64,000 bases of DNA from Eledone cirrhosa (lineage: Eukaryota), in the NCBI GenBank assembly GCA_964016885.1, contig OZ024745.1:10354001-10418000 (forward strand). The letters are read 5' to 3'. Under the pieces are notes generated by a model. The model ran no database searches and was not told where the DNA came from. It worked only from the letters and a program-made list of their open reading frames with translations. Position numbers and translations under genes: made by a program. The first letter of the stretch is position 1, and every line of letters begins with the position of its first letter. Shown here piece after piece: positions 62,491-64,000 of this stretch.

Positions 62491-64000
62491 GACAACCACC
62501 TGATCACCTATAGATCAGGGGAGCATTCTAGTCAGATAGATTTTATCCTCATCAGAGGACGTGACAGATGGACGGTCCTAAACACAAAAGCCTACCCTAG
62601 TGAGGAATGTACCACCCAACATAGCTTAGTTGTCAGAACTAGACGAACCTGGAAAAGAAAGATCTGGAAGCTGAAAGACACCTCAGCCAGTAACAGATTT
62701 AAAGATATTTTACTCAACGCCTACGACAATAAAGAAGACCAGATAGAAACATTCAATGTAGAAGAACACTGGGAGTTCCTAAAAAATAACTTACTAGAGG
62801 CAACGGATGAGGTCTGTGGCTGGAGTAAGACCACAAGCAGGAGGAGAGTGACTTGGTGGTGGAACAATAAGGTAGATGAGGCGGTTAAGGCCAAGAGACA
62901 GGCATGGAAAGAATGGCAGAACGGGGGGAGCAGGGTACATTACATAGAGATCAAGAAGGAAGCTAGGCGACAAGTATACTTAGCTAGGATGGAAGCAGAG
63001 GATAGAAAATTCAAGCATGTTTTGCAACGTGAGGACCAGAAACAGGAGGTGTTCAAAATTGCGAGGCAGTGTGTCAGAGAGAATTGTGATGTCATTGGAG
63101 AGAAGCGTATCCGGAATGATAAAGGTGAGCTTGCCCTCACAAGTGCTGAGAAGAAAGATGCATGGAAGAGTCATTATGATAGATTACTAAATGAGGAGAA
63201 TGCATGGGAAGAAGAGACCCTACCCCAAGTAGACCCTATAGAGGGGCCAGCAGTACAAGTCAGCAGCAGTGTAATAAGTAAGGCAATCAAAGATATGAAG
63301 ATGGGTAAGGCAACCGGTCCATCGTGTATAGCTGCCGAGATGCTGAAGGCATCTGGGTCTGTAGGTCACACTATAACCACACGTATTGTTAACCAGGTAA
63401 TACTAGAAGGTGTCATACCAAAAGATTGGTGCAGTAGCATCATTGTCAACTGCTACAAAGGTAAAGGTGATGCACTAGATAGAGGAAACTATAGAGGTAT
63501 AAAGCTGATGGACCAGGTCATGAAAGTAACAGAAAGAGTTATAGCACAGTTGATTAGGGACCGGGTGAAACTAGATGAGATGCAATTTTGGTTTGTACCA
63601 GGAAGAGGCACCACTAATGCCCTCTTCCTTGTGAGGCAGTTACAGGAAAAGTACCTAGCTAAAAGTAAGCCACTCTACCTGGCATTCGTCGATCTCGAGA
63701 AAGCCTTTGACAGAGTTCCACGTGCTGTAATCTGGTGGGCTCTTAGAAAACTAGGAGTAGATGAATGGCTTGTGAAAGCTGTCCAAGCCATATATAGGGG
63801 AACAGTCAGCAAAGTTAGGATTAGCAATGAGTATAGCGAAGAATTTAGCGTACAGGTTGGTGTCCACCAGGGCTCTGTTCTTAGCCCTCTCCTGTTCATC
63901 ATAGTCCTGCAGGCAATAACGGAGGAGTTTAAGACTGGATGCCCATGGGAACTCCTGTATGCTGATGACGTCGCACTTATAGCTGAATCTATGGTAGAAC
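62491..64000 (+). mobile_element. RTE LINE, 5'-truncated inside the APE endonuclease; stop-free frame continues beyond the window
   Basis: Manual frame +1 translation: HLITYRSG..SQIDFILIR..EECTTQHSLVV (APE end), TWWWN, KATGPS, YKGKGD..NYRGIKL, FVDLEKAFDRV, QGSVLSPLLF and YADD at 63958-63969. Confidence 0.95.

Noticed and set aside
62545-62560. CTGATGAG on the minus strand inside the RTE
   Set aside because: No helix II or GAAA follows. It is coding sequence (ILIR).

Overview
AT-rich, repeat-dense animal genomic DNA. An octopod cephalopod is inferred from the SINE families and RTE LINEs but is not proven. The only host coding sequence I can support is one minus-strand exon (10266-10477) encoding the N-terminus of a citron Rho-interacting kinase-like protein. 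The rest is probably intron, ending near a CpG-rich, ETS-motif candidate promoter at about 60.5-61 kb. The window holds several 5'-truncated RTE LINEs (two reach a PHD-like Cys/His insert inside the RT; one stop-free APE-RT frame runs off the right edge), R4/Dong, Rex3-like and mariner remnants, three non-autonomous Helitrons, a piggyBac-type MITE, two foldback elements, three tRNA-derived SINE families and about a dozen unrelated minisatellites. The long repetitive ORFs in the ORF track are minisatellite artefacts. The most notable signal is a set of short modules embedded between (TA)n microsatellites that carry type I hammerhead ribozyme folds. One has a compensatory U3-A8 core and a long helix II extension (57377-57469), one is near-canonical (62154-62213), and several are decayed. 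There is also a pre-miRNA-like hairpin on the host-gene strand (21159-21220). All folds and alignments were done by eye.
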